A stretch of 64,000 nucleotides of DNA, taken from contig JBHGNT010000012.1 in NCBI GenBank assembly GCA_043228905.1, forward strand, positions 15,872,001-15,936,000. The letters run 5' to 3'. This document shows positions 44,281-57,199 of this stretch, in pieces. Source of the stretch: Azolla caroliniana. Lineage: Eukaryota; Plantae; Polypodiophyta. The notes beneath the pieces were generated by a model. It searched no databases and was not told where the DNA came from. It saw nothing but the letters and a program-made list of their open reading frames with translations. How positions within the stretch are numbered: position 1 is the stretch's first letter; every line of letters starts with the position of its first letter. The position numbers and the translations under genes are program-made.

Positions 44281-45735
44281 ACATAGATAGATAGATAGAT
44301 AAATTATATTATCGTCTTCGGAGGTCAAATATGACCTATGAGACCAAAAATATTACATTTCACATGATACGTGTGAAAGTGAGTAGTGACATGTTCAAGA
44401 ACTTTACCAATGAATGTTGCATTTGAGAGGGCACATTGTGGTTGTGAGAGGAATTCAGGCAAGGATTGGGCTTGGTCGAAGAGATGTGGAAAGCATGGTC
44501 GAATATGATCAAAGACAGAGCATTGTATCAAAGTGTGATACTCAGGCTTTTGAACTTGTTTAGGGCAAAGTGTGCATAGTCGGCCACTCTCATCACTTGT
44601 GCCCCAACGCCCTATCTCACATCTCAATGAGTACGAGGTAAGACGCATGGAAGCCATGGTTCGAATGACAGATATCGGGATGGGCTCTAACATGTATCGA
44701 TGTGTACGGCTTCCCCGTTCTGCGAAGAATATGGTTTTGTAGTTAGGTGCAACATTTGTTGTATAATGTGTGAAGCGTGAGCCACCACATTTGTCCCATG
44801 TCATGATACATTGGTGTTGCAAAAAGGCCTCATTTACAGAGGAATCTGGTGACGCATCATAAAGCACATGTCTTGCATCCCATCTACCAAACCATTTTTC
44901 TAAATCTTGCATCTAACCGAAACACAAAATTTTGCTTTTATGCGTCTTTTAGACCTTTTTGCTTGCTTCCCATGCAATTCTAGGAAGTCAATGTGAGGGG
45001 CTTTTTTGAACCTTAAGCATGTATTCAACAACCCTTTCAATGGCCATGATCTCAATGGGAAGCGATCCCGTCTCAAGGAGGAGGGTGTAGGGCATTTGTT
45101 TCTTAACTTGTATGAACTTTGTAAGAAAATGTTTTGGACATTTTCAAACTCTTTCCACGTAGATTTAGGGATGCTACCGCCCCATACTTCCACCCCATAG
45201 AGAAGAACCGGGGCCACAAAAGTGTCAAAAAAGATATTTCTTGAGGATCCAACACTTAATATCTCCAAGATTGCATGTGTTCTCAAATGCATAATATGCT
45301 CGCTTACCCGCCTCTAAGCGGCATGTAGCGCATTCGTTCCATTTATGATTTGAAGGAACTTCAAGGCCAAGATATTTGAAGCTTTCCACACATTCAAGTG
45401 GCTCATTGTTGTACATAATGCATAGTTTATCTCTTTTTTGACGCTTCACAAGCATAATCTTTCTTTTAGAGCTATTGACACTTAATTTAGTATGCATGCA
45501 ATTTTTTTCCAATGCCTTCATAAGCTTTTGTGCATCTCCTGAAGTATTTGTAAACAACACTACATCATCTGCATATAACAAAAGCATAATCACAACATTC
45601 CCAATGGCAACTTCTTCAATACATTCTTCCTTTACAAACTTGGTAACCATTTCTTCTAATTCATCAATGCATAGAGTGGGCATCCTTGCTTAACACCAAT
45701 AGTGCTATTGAGAAAATCTGAAAGTTTATCTCTCC
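44281..45735 (-). mobile_element. LINE 2 (RTEX-like), 5'-truncated
   Basis: RT LLYADD, FKYLG, LLYGVEVWG, CEIGRW...LCTLC...EYH motifs and a (TATC)n tail at 44284-44301. Confidence 0.87.
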
Positions 45736-47800
45736 GATTGGCGAAGGTAGAAGTCGAAGATAAGGGACATGTTGGGGGTCAAAGATCTCCTCTGAATACC
45801 AATACAGTTTGGAGACAAAAGATCAGATAAAATCGATGCCGCAAACTAGGAGGTGATGCATATGATGAAGACGACATACATTCTATGCTGCATCGACATG
45901 AGCATGTACAACAACTTTAATGAATAGATTAAGGCTCATGTGCTTTGGGAGAAAATCAGTACCATGTTAGACAGCAAAAATGATGTGAATAGGGTCTCAA
46001 TATTCTAGAAGTTAGTGAGACTCTGACACCAAGATGGCTCCAATATGGCGGAGCACATGAATGCCTTCCAGGGGCTTATAAATCAAACAACCTTGTTGAA
46101 AGTACCTCTAGCCGGCGAGGTACTTGCATTATTGTTGGTCGGTTCATTCCCGGATAGTTGGGAGATGCTAATTGTCACTTTGGGCAACGCCAGGCTGGAA
46201 GGTAAACACCTGTCCCTAGCAAGGGTAAAATCAAGCTTGCTGGATGAAGAAGCTCGCCGGAAGGGCCGGGAGTCCGGAACCAATCCGAAGGCCTTGGTCA
46301 TGGAAGATGACCATAACCGGGGAAGAGGCTGAAATCGGAGTCTTCAGAATGGAGACAAATTAGGGACGAGGTTGAAGTCAATGGGGAGGCCCACTTGCTT
46401 TTATTGCGGAAAGCCAGGGCACTTCCAGAAGAATTGCCGACAGTTCCAGAAGGAGAAAGGAATCGACAATGCAGACTCAAAGAGGGGTCCAAATTGTAAG
46501 AGTTCGGATCGGAAAGGAACGATGACAATCATGACAAATGAAGAAGAATTGTTGCTTATCACCAAGGAGAGCGAGCTACACCTTGTCAGCGAAGAAACGA
46601 CGTGAGTGGTCGACTCCGGAGTGTCGTTCCATCTGATCCCCGGTGTCAAGAAAGGCAAGGAGCACCTAGTGTGTTGGTTGAAGAAGAGCCTATACGGACT
46701 GAATCAAGCTCCCCATCAATGGTACTGGAAGTTCTACTCCTTCATGACCGATGAGGGATATCACAAGACGTAGGCCGACCATTGTGTATTTGTGAAGAAA
46801 TTTGACGGAAACGACTTCCTGATACTCCTACTGTATGTGGATGACCTGCTGATCGTCGGACGAGACCGTATCAAAATCGGAATGCACAAGAAGGCCTTGA
46901 GCAGGTCATTTGCAATGAAAGATATAGGTTTGGCGAGATAGATTTTGGGGATGCACATAATCCGGGACCGTACGAAGAAGCTATTGTGGTTGTCACAGGA
47001 GGAGTAAGTGACAAAGGTGCTCCAATGATTTAGCATGATGAATGCAAAGCCGGTCGGGTCAACACTGCTGGCGAACTGCAACCTATTTTGGAAACAAAGT
47101 CCGAAGACAAAGACGGAGAAGTCACAGATGATGAAGGTACCATATGCCTCTGCTGTCGGAAGTTTGATGTATGCAATGGTGTTCACACGACCAGATATCA
47201 AATATTCAGTCGGAGTGGTTAGCCGGTTCATGAACAATCCGAGAAGAGAACATTGGGCCACCGTCAAGTGGATACTCCGGTACTTGAAAGGCACCTCGAG
47301 TACGTGCCTCCTATTTGGCTAAGGTAAACTCCAACTTGAAGGATTCATGGATTCAGATATGTCGGTTGCTGCGGATACCAACCGGTCTACATCCGCATAT
47401 GTCATGACTTATGCAAGGGGTGTTGTATCGTGGTACTCGAGGCTACAAAAGTTTGTTGCACTTTCGACAATGGAAGAGGAGTACATGGCGGTTGTAGAAG
47501 CTGGCAAAGAGGTAGTCCAGATGAATGACTTCATCGGAGAGCTAGGGATCCAACAGGAGGAATTCCGACTCTACTACGACAATCAAAGTGTCATCCACCT
47601 CACGAAGAACACAACCTACCACCCCCGAAACAAGAACATCTAAAGGAGATATCATTGACTCCGGGAGAAGGTAGAAGATATCATTGACTCCTGTAGAAGG
47701 TAGAAGATATCATTGGTGTACCTCTCCTCTACAGTAATCTAGTTTGGAGTTCCGAGAACTCCCGTAATATTTGACAATTAGGGTTTTCCACGTTAATATT
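45736..47800 (+). mobile_element. Copia G, heavily deleted (gag, end of RT, RH, LTR piece)
   Basis: AEHMNAFQGL and CFYCGKPGHFQKNC. At ~46640 it jumps from protease into RT. LTR motif GGGTTTTCCACGTTAA at ~47781. Confidence 0.82.
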
Positions 47801-50800
47801 TGTTGAGAGACAAGCTCAACATCGGCCGGATCGGCTGAGCAAGCCAAGGACTGGATCGGTTGGGACCAATCGGTTAGGCCGGATCGGTTGGAAACCAGTA
47901 CGCAGACTGGTGCGTAGGAGGGCTGGATCGTTGCAGAAACTGGGAGGTCATCGAAAAGATATTCCGCAAGGTATATATTTGGGAGTTAGTGTAGGGGCTC
48001 CTTAATGAGCATTGAAGTACTGTCAGTACTTCTGTCAGTCCGTAAAGGACTTGTATAAAAGTGAGTGTTCATTGAACACACACGATGTACAGATAGAGTA
48101 TCATTTTTTGAATTTAGTTCTGTGTGTTCTCTCTCTGTCTCTCCCACTTACTGTGTATATTCAAGCTCTCCATTAAACCTGCATATTTTCTCTGTGTTCG
48201 TATTTCTATTACTTCCGCACATAATCTTTCACATGGTATCAGAGCGCAAGGTTTGAGAACCTCTACAGCAGCCAACATAGCTTGAAAAGAAAAACCAACC
48301 GAGAACAATAGGTAAAACCGATGGATAGAGGCATGGTTAGCTCGCTTCCGACGGAGAAGCTCGACAGAAACAACTACGCATCTTGGTCCTACAAGATGCA
48401 CCGGTATCCGCTCGCGCACGGTTACTGTAGCTATGTCGACAGAGCAAATGACACAGCACCCGAATCGACACAAAAAGATTTCTCGGTGTGGGAACAGTAG
48501 GCAAGCAAAGTGTTGTACTATTTCGCGTCTTGTGTGGGCGAACAACTATTAAGCTACGTTTGGGATATAAAAACGCCGAAGGGTGCGTGGGAAAATTTGA
48601 AGAAGATCTTCACCGCGAGCACCACAACCAGGGAGCGTCAGCTCCGACAATAGTTAAGCAACCTACGACAATGCGATTTGTCGGTGGCTGACTATACCTC
48701 GAAGATGAAGGACATATGCGAGTCCTTAGCTTCCATTGATGTGGACATCGAGGAAAGCGAGATGGTCCAGGTCTGTCTCGGGGGTTTGGCATCGAAGTTC
48801 GGGGCGTTCCGAACTGTTGTGTGTACACGGGAGAATATGTCGTCGTTTTTCAACTTATAGAGGAGAACCACGCAGGTGCGTCAATGAGCACGCACACCGA
48901 CAGCAAGATGATGTACACGGAGGGAGATAGGCCCCGTGGACTGGGAGGATGAGGCGAGTCAGTGCGCAATGGAGACGGCCGACGAGATCAAGGAAGGAGG
49001 CACCGAAATGATGCCGACAGCAATTCCGGACCCTCCGGAAACAGGGGGCGTCGAGGCGATGAGAACCGGCAAGGGAAACCCGCCACGGAATGTTGGTAAT
49101 GTGGCAAGAAAGGCCACAGGGAGAGCGAGTGTTGGAAAAAGCGCGCCGAGTCGGAGAGGACTGGTTCCGGATCTGGTTCCGAACATACGGACAAAGGAAA
49201 CCGGTAGCAATCGCACTACGCCGAAGGATCCGGAAAAGCCGGAAAAGGGTCTGCCTTTGTGATGAGACACGAAGCAAACTCAATGAAGCAAACCACCCCG
49301 AAATCGGACGAGTTGTGGTACGTCGACTCTGGCACGTCAAATCACATGACGAGCCATAAGCAGTGGTTCTCGTACCTAGAAAAACCGATGGAACCGGGAG
49401 TAGTCGCAACCGGAGACGACACTCCACATCCGATCGCGAATGTCGGAGAAGTTCCCCTGAGCCATGTCGGGAAGAAAGGGAAACTCATGAACGTGCTACA
49501 CGTTCCGACAATCACGATGAACTTGGTGTCGGTTGGACAGATCGTCGACCAAGGGATGGACATCTAGTTTACACACCTCGGGTGCTTCATTGAGGAAGAA
49601 GGCCATGTTATTGCACAAGGGCGTAGAGATGGGAGGATGTTCATCCTCGACTCTACTGACGGTGGCACCATAATGTTCGTGAAGGGACAAAAAGTCACGT
49701 CGGACATCGACTTATGGCACAAGCAGATAGGCCACGTCACCTACGAGCGGCTTGAAGACCTGCAATCAAAACAAGTGGTGTTAGGATTGCGCCAAATTTA
49801 GTGGCGGGAAGGCCCAAATTTGTGAAGCCTGCCAGCTAGGGAAGCAACACCGACTTCCCTTCCCCAACAAGTGTAACCGGAGCCAGAACAAGCTCGACTT
49901 GATACATTTCGATGTGTGGGGGCCCGACACAAAACATTAGTGTTGGCGGAAGCCGATATTTCGTGTCCTTCATCGATGACTACATGCAGCACACTTGGAT
50001 CTACCTCACTAAGAGGAAGAGCGAAGTCTTCGACTTTTTCTGGGACCTCAAAGGGTTCGTGGAAATGGAAACAGGAAGAAAGATCAAGTGCCTGCGGTCA
50101 GATGGCGGAAAAGAATACTTTTCCGGTCAATTCAACAGTTATCTACAACAGATGGGAATTCGGCGCGAATTCAGTTGTAGATACAAGCCGAAGCAAAACA
50201 GGGTGGCAGAGAGGAAAAATCGGTCAGTTGTGGAAGCAGCACGGGCAATGCTGGAGGAGAAGAGCTTGCCCAAGTTCTATTGGGCCGAGGCGGTACGAAC
50301 CGCGGTATACATCCATAATCGGATCGAAGAAAAAGTGTCGACAGATGAGCAGTATTTCGGAAGCCGAATCTACGACACTTGAGAGTTTTTGGTAGCATTG
50401 CGTATGTGCATGTACCGAGGGAGAAAAGGAGGAAGTAGGACACGAAAGACGAGAAGTGTATCTGGGTCGGTTACTCGGATGAGCAGAAGGGCTATAAGTG
50501 CTATAACCCTCGCACCAAACAAGAGTGCGTGAGCCGCGACGTTGTGTTTGACGAGTCCGCGTCCTGGTACTTGCCTCCAACTCCGGACCTCACCTCCAAT
50601 TCGAGTTCTAACGATGAAGTCGGTGAGACTGAGATGCCTCCGGATGAGCCTGAAATCGGGACCCGCGAAGAGAGTCTGATTTTCTTTCGGTTAAGTGGAC
50701 TAAATGGACGACTGAGTCGGCTCGACCAGTCTGATGAAGAGACGACGAGTAGTGGAGACTCGGTCGTGCATTCCCCTCGCAGGAAGCTGAGGAGACGGCT

Positions 50801-53140
50801 TACGCGCAAGGACAAAGGGAGGAAGAAGGTGCCGGATTCCAGCACAGATAGGAACGAGTCAGACCGACGCGAGTTCGACTCCGAGGGAAGCGGTGACGGG
50901 TCTTCAAGAGTGAAGTCCGTGTCGGCTGAGAAGACCTCAACATCGGCTAATGACCGATTATGCCGATCTACCCGCCAGAAGAACCCAGTTGTGCGGTTCG
51001 GATACAATGAGTACATGGCGCATCATTATGCGTACATGACCCATGTAGCGGAAGTGCGTGAGCCGGAGAGCTACACAGAAGCGGCTAAGGACGTGAATTG
51101 GCGCGCCACGATGGAGGAAGAGATGCACGCATTGGCGGAAAACGAGACCTGGGACCTGGTTGATGCATCAAAGGGTGTGAAGCCGATCGGATGTAGGTGG
51201 GTGTACAAGGTCAAGTACAACACCATTGGCTCGGTCAACCGATACAAGGCCCGATTAGTGGCAAAAGGCTACGCGTAGAAACATGGCATCGACTACGATG
51301 AGACGTTTGCGCCGGTTGCGAAAATGATGACCATCCGTGTTTTGCTCGTGGTAGGTGCGGCAAAGGGGTTGCACTTACATCAGATGGATGTAAAGAATGT
51401 GTTTCTACACGGTGACCTTGAGGAATAGGTGTACATGGTACAACCCCCTGGATTTCACACCGGAATGAACACGTCGGCAGTGAGCCGATTGAAGAAGTCC
51501 CTTTAAGGACTGAAGCAAGGCCCGCGTGCCTAGAACGCGAAGATCATGCAGTAACGGCGTCGGATGGGCTTTGGGTTGATGAGTTAGTTCATGGTATGAC
51601 CCATGGAGGAGCACCTTCAGTGTGCGCAACGCGTACTGTGGTACGTAAGCGGCACTAAGGACCGGGGACTGCTATATCGGACTTGTACAGCCTCGCAGTT
51701 GGTCGGCTACACCGATGCTGATTGGGCTGGCAACGCCGCCGATCGCTGATCCACGCCTGGATACGCATTCTCTCTTGGGAGTGTCGCGATAGCGTGGAGC
51801 AGTAAGAAGCAGCCGATAGTTACACTGTCAAGCATCGAACCTGAGTACCGAGGAGCGGTTGTCGCGACATGCGAAGCGATATGGTTGAAGCGGCTACTTA
51901 AGGACCTGCAAGAGGTGGTGTCCGATCCGACGACGATCTACTGCGACAACCTCAGCAGCATCCAGCTCACGAAGAACCCCTTTTTCCACGCACGGACCAA
52001 GCACATTGAGGTGCACTACCATTTCGTCTGTGACCGTGTCCTTTCTGGTGAAGTCGTACTTTAGTATGTTCCGACGGATCGGCAATTCCCGGGTGCCGAT
52101 ATTTTCACTAAGCGTCTCGGTCTGGACAAGTTGCGGCAATTCCCGGGTGCGCTTGGGTTGCGTCACCTCGACGTGCCAAACTTGACGGTGAGAGACGTTC
52201 CGGATGACCACGGAAGGGAGTCGGAAAGGAGCGGAAAAGATCGTGATGACGAATTCGACTTCGGATGACGAATTCGACTTCGGATCAGCCAAGGGCGGGT
52301 CCGTGGAAGAGTCCGATAGGGGACATAAGGGGAGCAGCCGAAAGAAAGAGCCGAAGCCAACCAAGCATGGGGAGATGACACCGTCAAGGGCGAGAAGACC
52401 GAAGACGAGGTGGAGACAGCCAACTCGGACGAGAGCGAAAACCGATTGGAGGTAGCCGAGTCGGTTCGGATGTTTGATTCGATACACTGAATCTATCGAG
52501 GGACAAGCGGAAAAGAAGGCAGCAGGAGAAGCGCCAACACCGCGACAGCAAGGGAGCTGTGAAGGGCCATGGGAGGAGAGAAGCCGACCGGAAGGGTCGA
52601 AGCGCGCGGAGTCGAACAGGCCGAGGAGTGCGAGCGAGGTGTGGAGCTAGGAGGAACCGGAGCAATGATCCGGAAGATCTCGAAGAGCCTCAAGTTGAGC
52701 TTGAGGGGGAGTGTTGAGAGACAAGCTCAAGATCGGCCGCATCGGCTAAGCAAGCCGAGGTCCGGATTGGTTGGGACCGATCGGTTAGGCCGGATCGGTT
52801 GGAAACCGGTACGTAGAACGGTGCGTAAGAAGGCCGGATTGGTGCAGCAACCGGGAGGCCATCGGAAAGATATTCCGCAAGGCATATATTTGGGAGTTAG
52901 TGTAGGTGCTCGTTAATGAGAATTGAAGTACTGTTAGTACTTCTGTCAGTCCGAAAAGGACTTGCATAAAAGTGTTCATTGAACACACACGATGTACAGA
53001 TAGAGTATCATTTTTTGAATTTAGTTCTGTGTGTTCTCTCTCTCTATCTCTCCCGCTTACTGTGTATATTCAAGCTTTCCATTAAACCTGCGTATTTTCT
53101 GTGTTCGTTTTTCTATTGCTTCCGCACATAATCTTTCACA
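47801..53140 (+). mobile_element. Copia C3, both LTRs, RT core deleted
   Basis: LTRs 47801-48233 and 52712-53140, perfect TSD ATATT, PBS 48234-48245, PPT TTGAGGGGGAG, deletion at ~51570. Confidence 0.93.
48321..52705 (+). pseudogene. pol: Copia C3 gag-pol, broken
   Basis: ORFs 49259..49567 (WYVDSG), 49912..50382 (IN) and 50529..51278, followed by RH and the charged tail. Confidence 0.88.
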
Positions 53141-53676
53141 ATATTCTGTGTCGTCTTATTTCTGTTTTCTGTTTTCTGTTTTTTCCAACATGTGATTGGG
53201 ACTCTGTTGTGGTCAAGCACTCTTATTTGCTATAAACTAGTATTAGAGCAGGGAAGATCCATTCGGCGGCATGTTCAAGCTCACCAGCTCCAACTACGCA
53301 ATGTGGAAGTCGAAGATGAGGGACAAGTTGGGGGTCAAAGATCTCTAGCTGCCAGTACAGTTTGGAGACAAAGACCAGAGAAAATCGATGTCGCAAACTA
53401 GGAGGTAATGCATATGAAGACGACGGCATACATTCGATGCTTCGATGCTTTCGGAGGTTCGGTTGAATTTGATATCAGCCAGTCGGCTAGATGATGAAGG
53501 CTACATGGGTAGCATCCGGAACAGAGTCATGAAGTTCAAGAAAGGAGGCTTGATCGTGGCCCAAGCCCGGAAAATCAACACATTGTACCTGATGCATGCC
53601 CGGATATGCCGGGAAGAAGTGAACATGGCATCCGACAATGCTGTGAGTTGTGGTACAACAGGTTGTGTCACATGAG
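53141..53676 (+). mobile_element. rest of Copia G LTR, degenerate PBS and a second deleted gag/PR segment
   Basis: TAGTATTAGAGC at ~53238, then GMFKLTSSNYAMWKSKMRD, then EVRLNLISASRLDDEGY. Confidence 0.75.
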
Positions 53677-54175
53677 TGTTACCGATTAGGAACACGGTCT
53701 ACGGTCAGTCCTTCAACCTAGAACTCAAAGTGACTGCGTTGCAATGAATGATATCATCTTGCCGTAATACGTAATGGGATACCTCCGCGCATCCTAGTAG
53801 CGTATAAGGGAGACGGCTACAACAGAACTCCTTAGACAAAGCACTAGTACAACACTCATACTCACGTCTACGTCCTTACGATTAGAATACGCCACCAAGA
53901 ATCACAGAAACACAGTAGATTAACCACATATATGCACAGGAATCAGGGAAGATAGTACTCTATTAAGATAATGCTCTATGCACCCAAATTACCCACTGCC
54001 TCTTATAGAGGATTTCTGCCCTTTAAATACACAGGGTCTTTTAGTCATTCACGCTTCCCGCGTGAACCATTACATGCATTACGTTTTTACTATATTCTAT
54101 ATTTCTGTGCTCCTCTCCGTCGGTTACTATTCCGGCGGACAACACATGGCACGCTTGTAGGATAGTGCCATGGCA
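53677..54175 (-). repeat. 3' LTR of Athila-like element
   Basis: Its TGTTACCGATTAGGAACAC start is repeated at 62402. It ends at ...CATGGCA next to the purine tract. Confidence 0.78.
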
Positions 54176-54191
54176 TGTCGGACCCACCCCT

Positions 54192-56847
54192 TTAATCGTC
54201 CTCCAAAATAGCCCGGATGTTCGGTTCCACCCCGATGTCCAGGTCCGCGGACGGCGTAGTGTCCGTAGTCGTGTCGTTGCGTTGTTCCAGTACTTGTTGG
54301 GTAGGGCTTTCCATGGTGCCGTTGGCTTCCTGTGTGGGTGGTTTGGGCTCCGCTGGCTCGTCCTGTTCTACAGTGGCTGGCTCAGCCGTCGGCGGGCTCT
54401 CGGTAGGTCGAGGTTCTGTCTTGTTCGTAACCTCCTCCGTGGTGCTGGCCGTAGTCGTACGCTCCGGTGAATGGGGCTGAGGTTCCACCTAGTTAGCAGT
54501 CTCACATTCTGGTATCGCAGGGGGCTCCGCTATTTGTTCCGTGCTGCCCACAGTAGTGGTTAATTCCGGTGACGTGGGCTGAGGTTCCTCTCATTCGGTA
54601 GTATCCTTTCCTGATATCACGATGGATTCCGCGTTGGGTCGCGTGCCGCCGGCTTGCATGATTTGGTGAAACAGGTCCTCCTAACTTTCGCCGAAATCGT
54701 CTAGTAGTCGCGCGAGTTCCTTGGAGTGTTGGTCCGCTAGTGTGCGATAATCCTACGCTAGGTCCTCGCATACTACTGCAATGCTTTCCTCATTGAGTTT
54801 GTAGAACCCTCGGTTGTCTTTTGTTCGGTTCTCCCAGTCCGCCCGGTACGTATGCAACTCTGCCGCTTGTGCAGCCCACGCCATCCAACCTTAAACCTCT
54901 CACGATTTGTTTGAAGAAGTATGCACACGTTGTCGGTTATTTCTTGGCAACGGTTGCGTGCTTCTTCTACGGTTTTCTTGAGGTTTTCGATTTCTTGTTT
55001 ACTGACCGTTGCCGCTTCCTCATAATTGCTGTTCATTCTTGCCCATAGCTGAGATTCCTTCGAATGTAATTCCTCCAACTTTCCCATTTCATTGTTCGGG
55101 CGGATTTCGAGCTGATGCCTTCTCGCCTCTTCCCGTACAAGCTGGTCGTCGAACCGTGCTTTCTTCTTTTCCAATAACGCCCGGAGTCCCGTGATCGCCA
55201 TTTTTGATTTTTGTGCTTCCTCCCGTAGTTTGATGTTTTCTTCTTTTGTGCGAGTATGTTGTGTTGCCTCTGCTACGAGTTTCTCTTCAAGGGTCTTAAC
55301 TGACTTTCGGCCGTTGGCCCCGATGTCCTTTTCTCTGTCTGAGGAGTGGCGAAGTTCGGAGCGGAGGCAATCAATCTCCGATTCCACCAGTTGCACGACC
55401 CTTTTTGCTTTCGAGGCAATATCGTTCTGTGCTTCAATCTCTTCTTTCAAGGCCTCAACGACGTTGTTTGTTGGTTGAGTTGCCTGTTGCGTCATAGTCG
55501 CGTTGTGTTCCAACTCTACGATGCGTTGATTGGCCTTTTGTTGCTCAACTTGGGTCAGTTTAACCGTTTTCCAGACATTTTTATTTTTAATTGCCATATC
55601 CTTGGCGCCAATACTGACCTTAGCTAGTTCCCTATGAACCTCGACGAGGGCCGCGTTTAATGGGGGTAGTTCCATCCCCATTCGGCGCATATCGGCGTTT
55701 CGCTGTCTGCCGACTCTGGCTAGTTGCTCCTCATCATCGCTTTCCGCCGTTTGTGTTAGTGCACGCTTGATCATTTGTTGCTCCGCATGCTCCTCGACCA
55801 TTCGTTGGGAGATTTTTATTTGTTGTGTTGCCAAAAATTCCATGAGTTCAAAAGTAGTGCTGAACTGTAATAGTGCGCCGAACTCATGGGTCGTGTCCGG
55901 AATGTCCGGATACACCAGGACCTCACTTTCCACCGTATTTCCACCGTAAATACGCCTTTCCCCCGTTGTGACTAGGCCGAAATGATCGGTCGTGGTTCCC
56001 GGATTATTTTGATGGTGGTGTTGGGCTCCGTAGCTATGGAGCTGTTGACCACGGTGGTCGTCTCTGTGGCCGCCAGTGTGTCTTTAACTAATTCGCGCCC
56101 ATCTTTCCTATCTAGCCTTCGCCGTTTCGGCCTCGGGCTACCCGGACATTGCTCAGCTTCCTGCTCCTGCAGAGCTTCCTCCCTGTGCTCCGCCTGTTCC
56201 TCCTGTATTGTTCGCGTGCTGGGCTGGGTTGATTGGGGTTCATCCTCCCATTCTATGGTGGCCAACTCCGCTAACCTTCATTTCGTGGATCGTGGCAACG
56301 GCGTGGGTTTGCTGGGCTGTGGTGCGGGCAGTCCTTGGGGTGGGAATAGTATCGTCAGATATTGTTGTATGATTGGCCTTAGCTTTTTTCCGCCTTGATA
56401 CGCATGCAGGCCTTCTCGCATCGTTGGTTCCGTAATGACTCCCCAATCGACCGTGCGCCCTTCGAAGGTATCAATGATGATACCTACCTTTTGCTTGAGC
56501 ATCCCATAGGCATTTATATGCATGCGTCCAACCTCTAATAGGAATTTGGCTATTTCGCGAAAGAAGGGGTCAAGGATTTCCTTCGTCCTATATGCCTTGG
56601 CGGACGCCGAATATGGCCCGAAATATCTCTGCAAAGTTTCCGCATGAGGGATTTTGAAATGTCTTTCTCCCAGCGATGATAGGTCAAGCTTCTTCCGGAT
56701 GGATGTGTTGGTGACCGTGTCGATATTAAGCTTCTTAGCAATGTCCAGGGCTTTAGGGTGAGGGGGCACTTGGGCGACATTGATGTATCCATCTAGGCAT
56801 TTCTTGACGAGCCGTCGACGCAAGGTGGCAGAAATAGGGATCGACAT
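54192..56847 (-). pseudogene. additional ORF in env position (globular N-terminus, long coiled coil, Thr/Glu/Pro tail), interrupted
   Basis: Consecutive ORFs 56278..56847, 55972..56265, 54773..55933 and 54192..54488 lie between the integrase and the PPT. Confidence 0.75.
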
Positions 56848-57199
56848 AGTAGGAGAGTGAGATTCGTGGCTAGTGGGTGAGGACTGCTTATGGCGAACTT
56901 GAGCTTAGTGGTAGGATGGAGAGGAGGGTGAGTGAGGGGAGTGATGGGAGCGATGAGAGTTAGAAGGTTGGTTTCTGTATTGTGCAGAAAACCTTCTATT
57001 TTCTTCTTTTTGTGGCCTAGGGTTCATTGGTTGGTGAGCCATCATGGTGTCGCGTGTTCTTGGCCTAGAAGTTTGTGCATGCCTTAAGTCCTTTTCATAG
57101 CGTCACTGTCTTCTTCTTCTTTTTTTGTTGTAATGGTTACATACAATATTATTTTTACACTATAGTACAAGCAGGGCCCTATCCTTACTCCGCGCATTC

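Noticed and set aside
51894-52665. antisense ORFs over the Copia C tail
   Set aside because: Their boundaries differ among C1, C3 and C4, and they are explained by the purine-rich sense strand.
54773-55933. captured host myosin/SMC-like gene or true envelope gene
   Set aside because: It is generic coiled-coil sequence inside the element between integrase and PPT, with no motor/ATPase motif, signal peptide or transmembrane segment.
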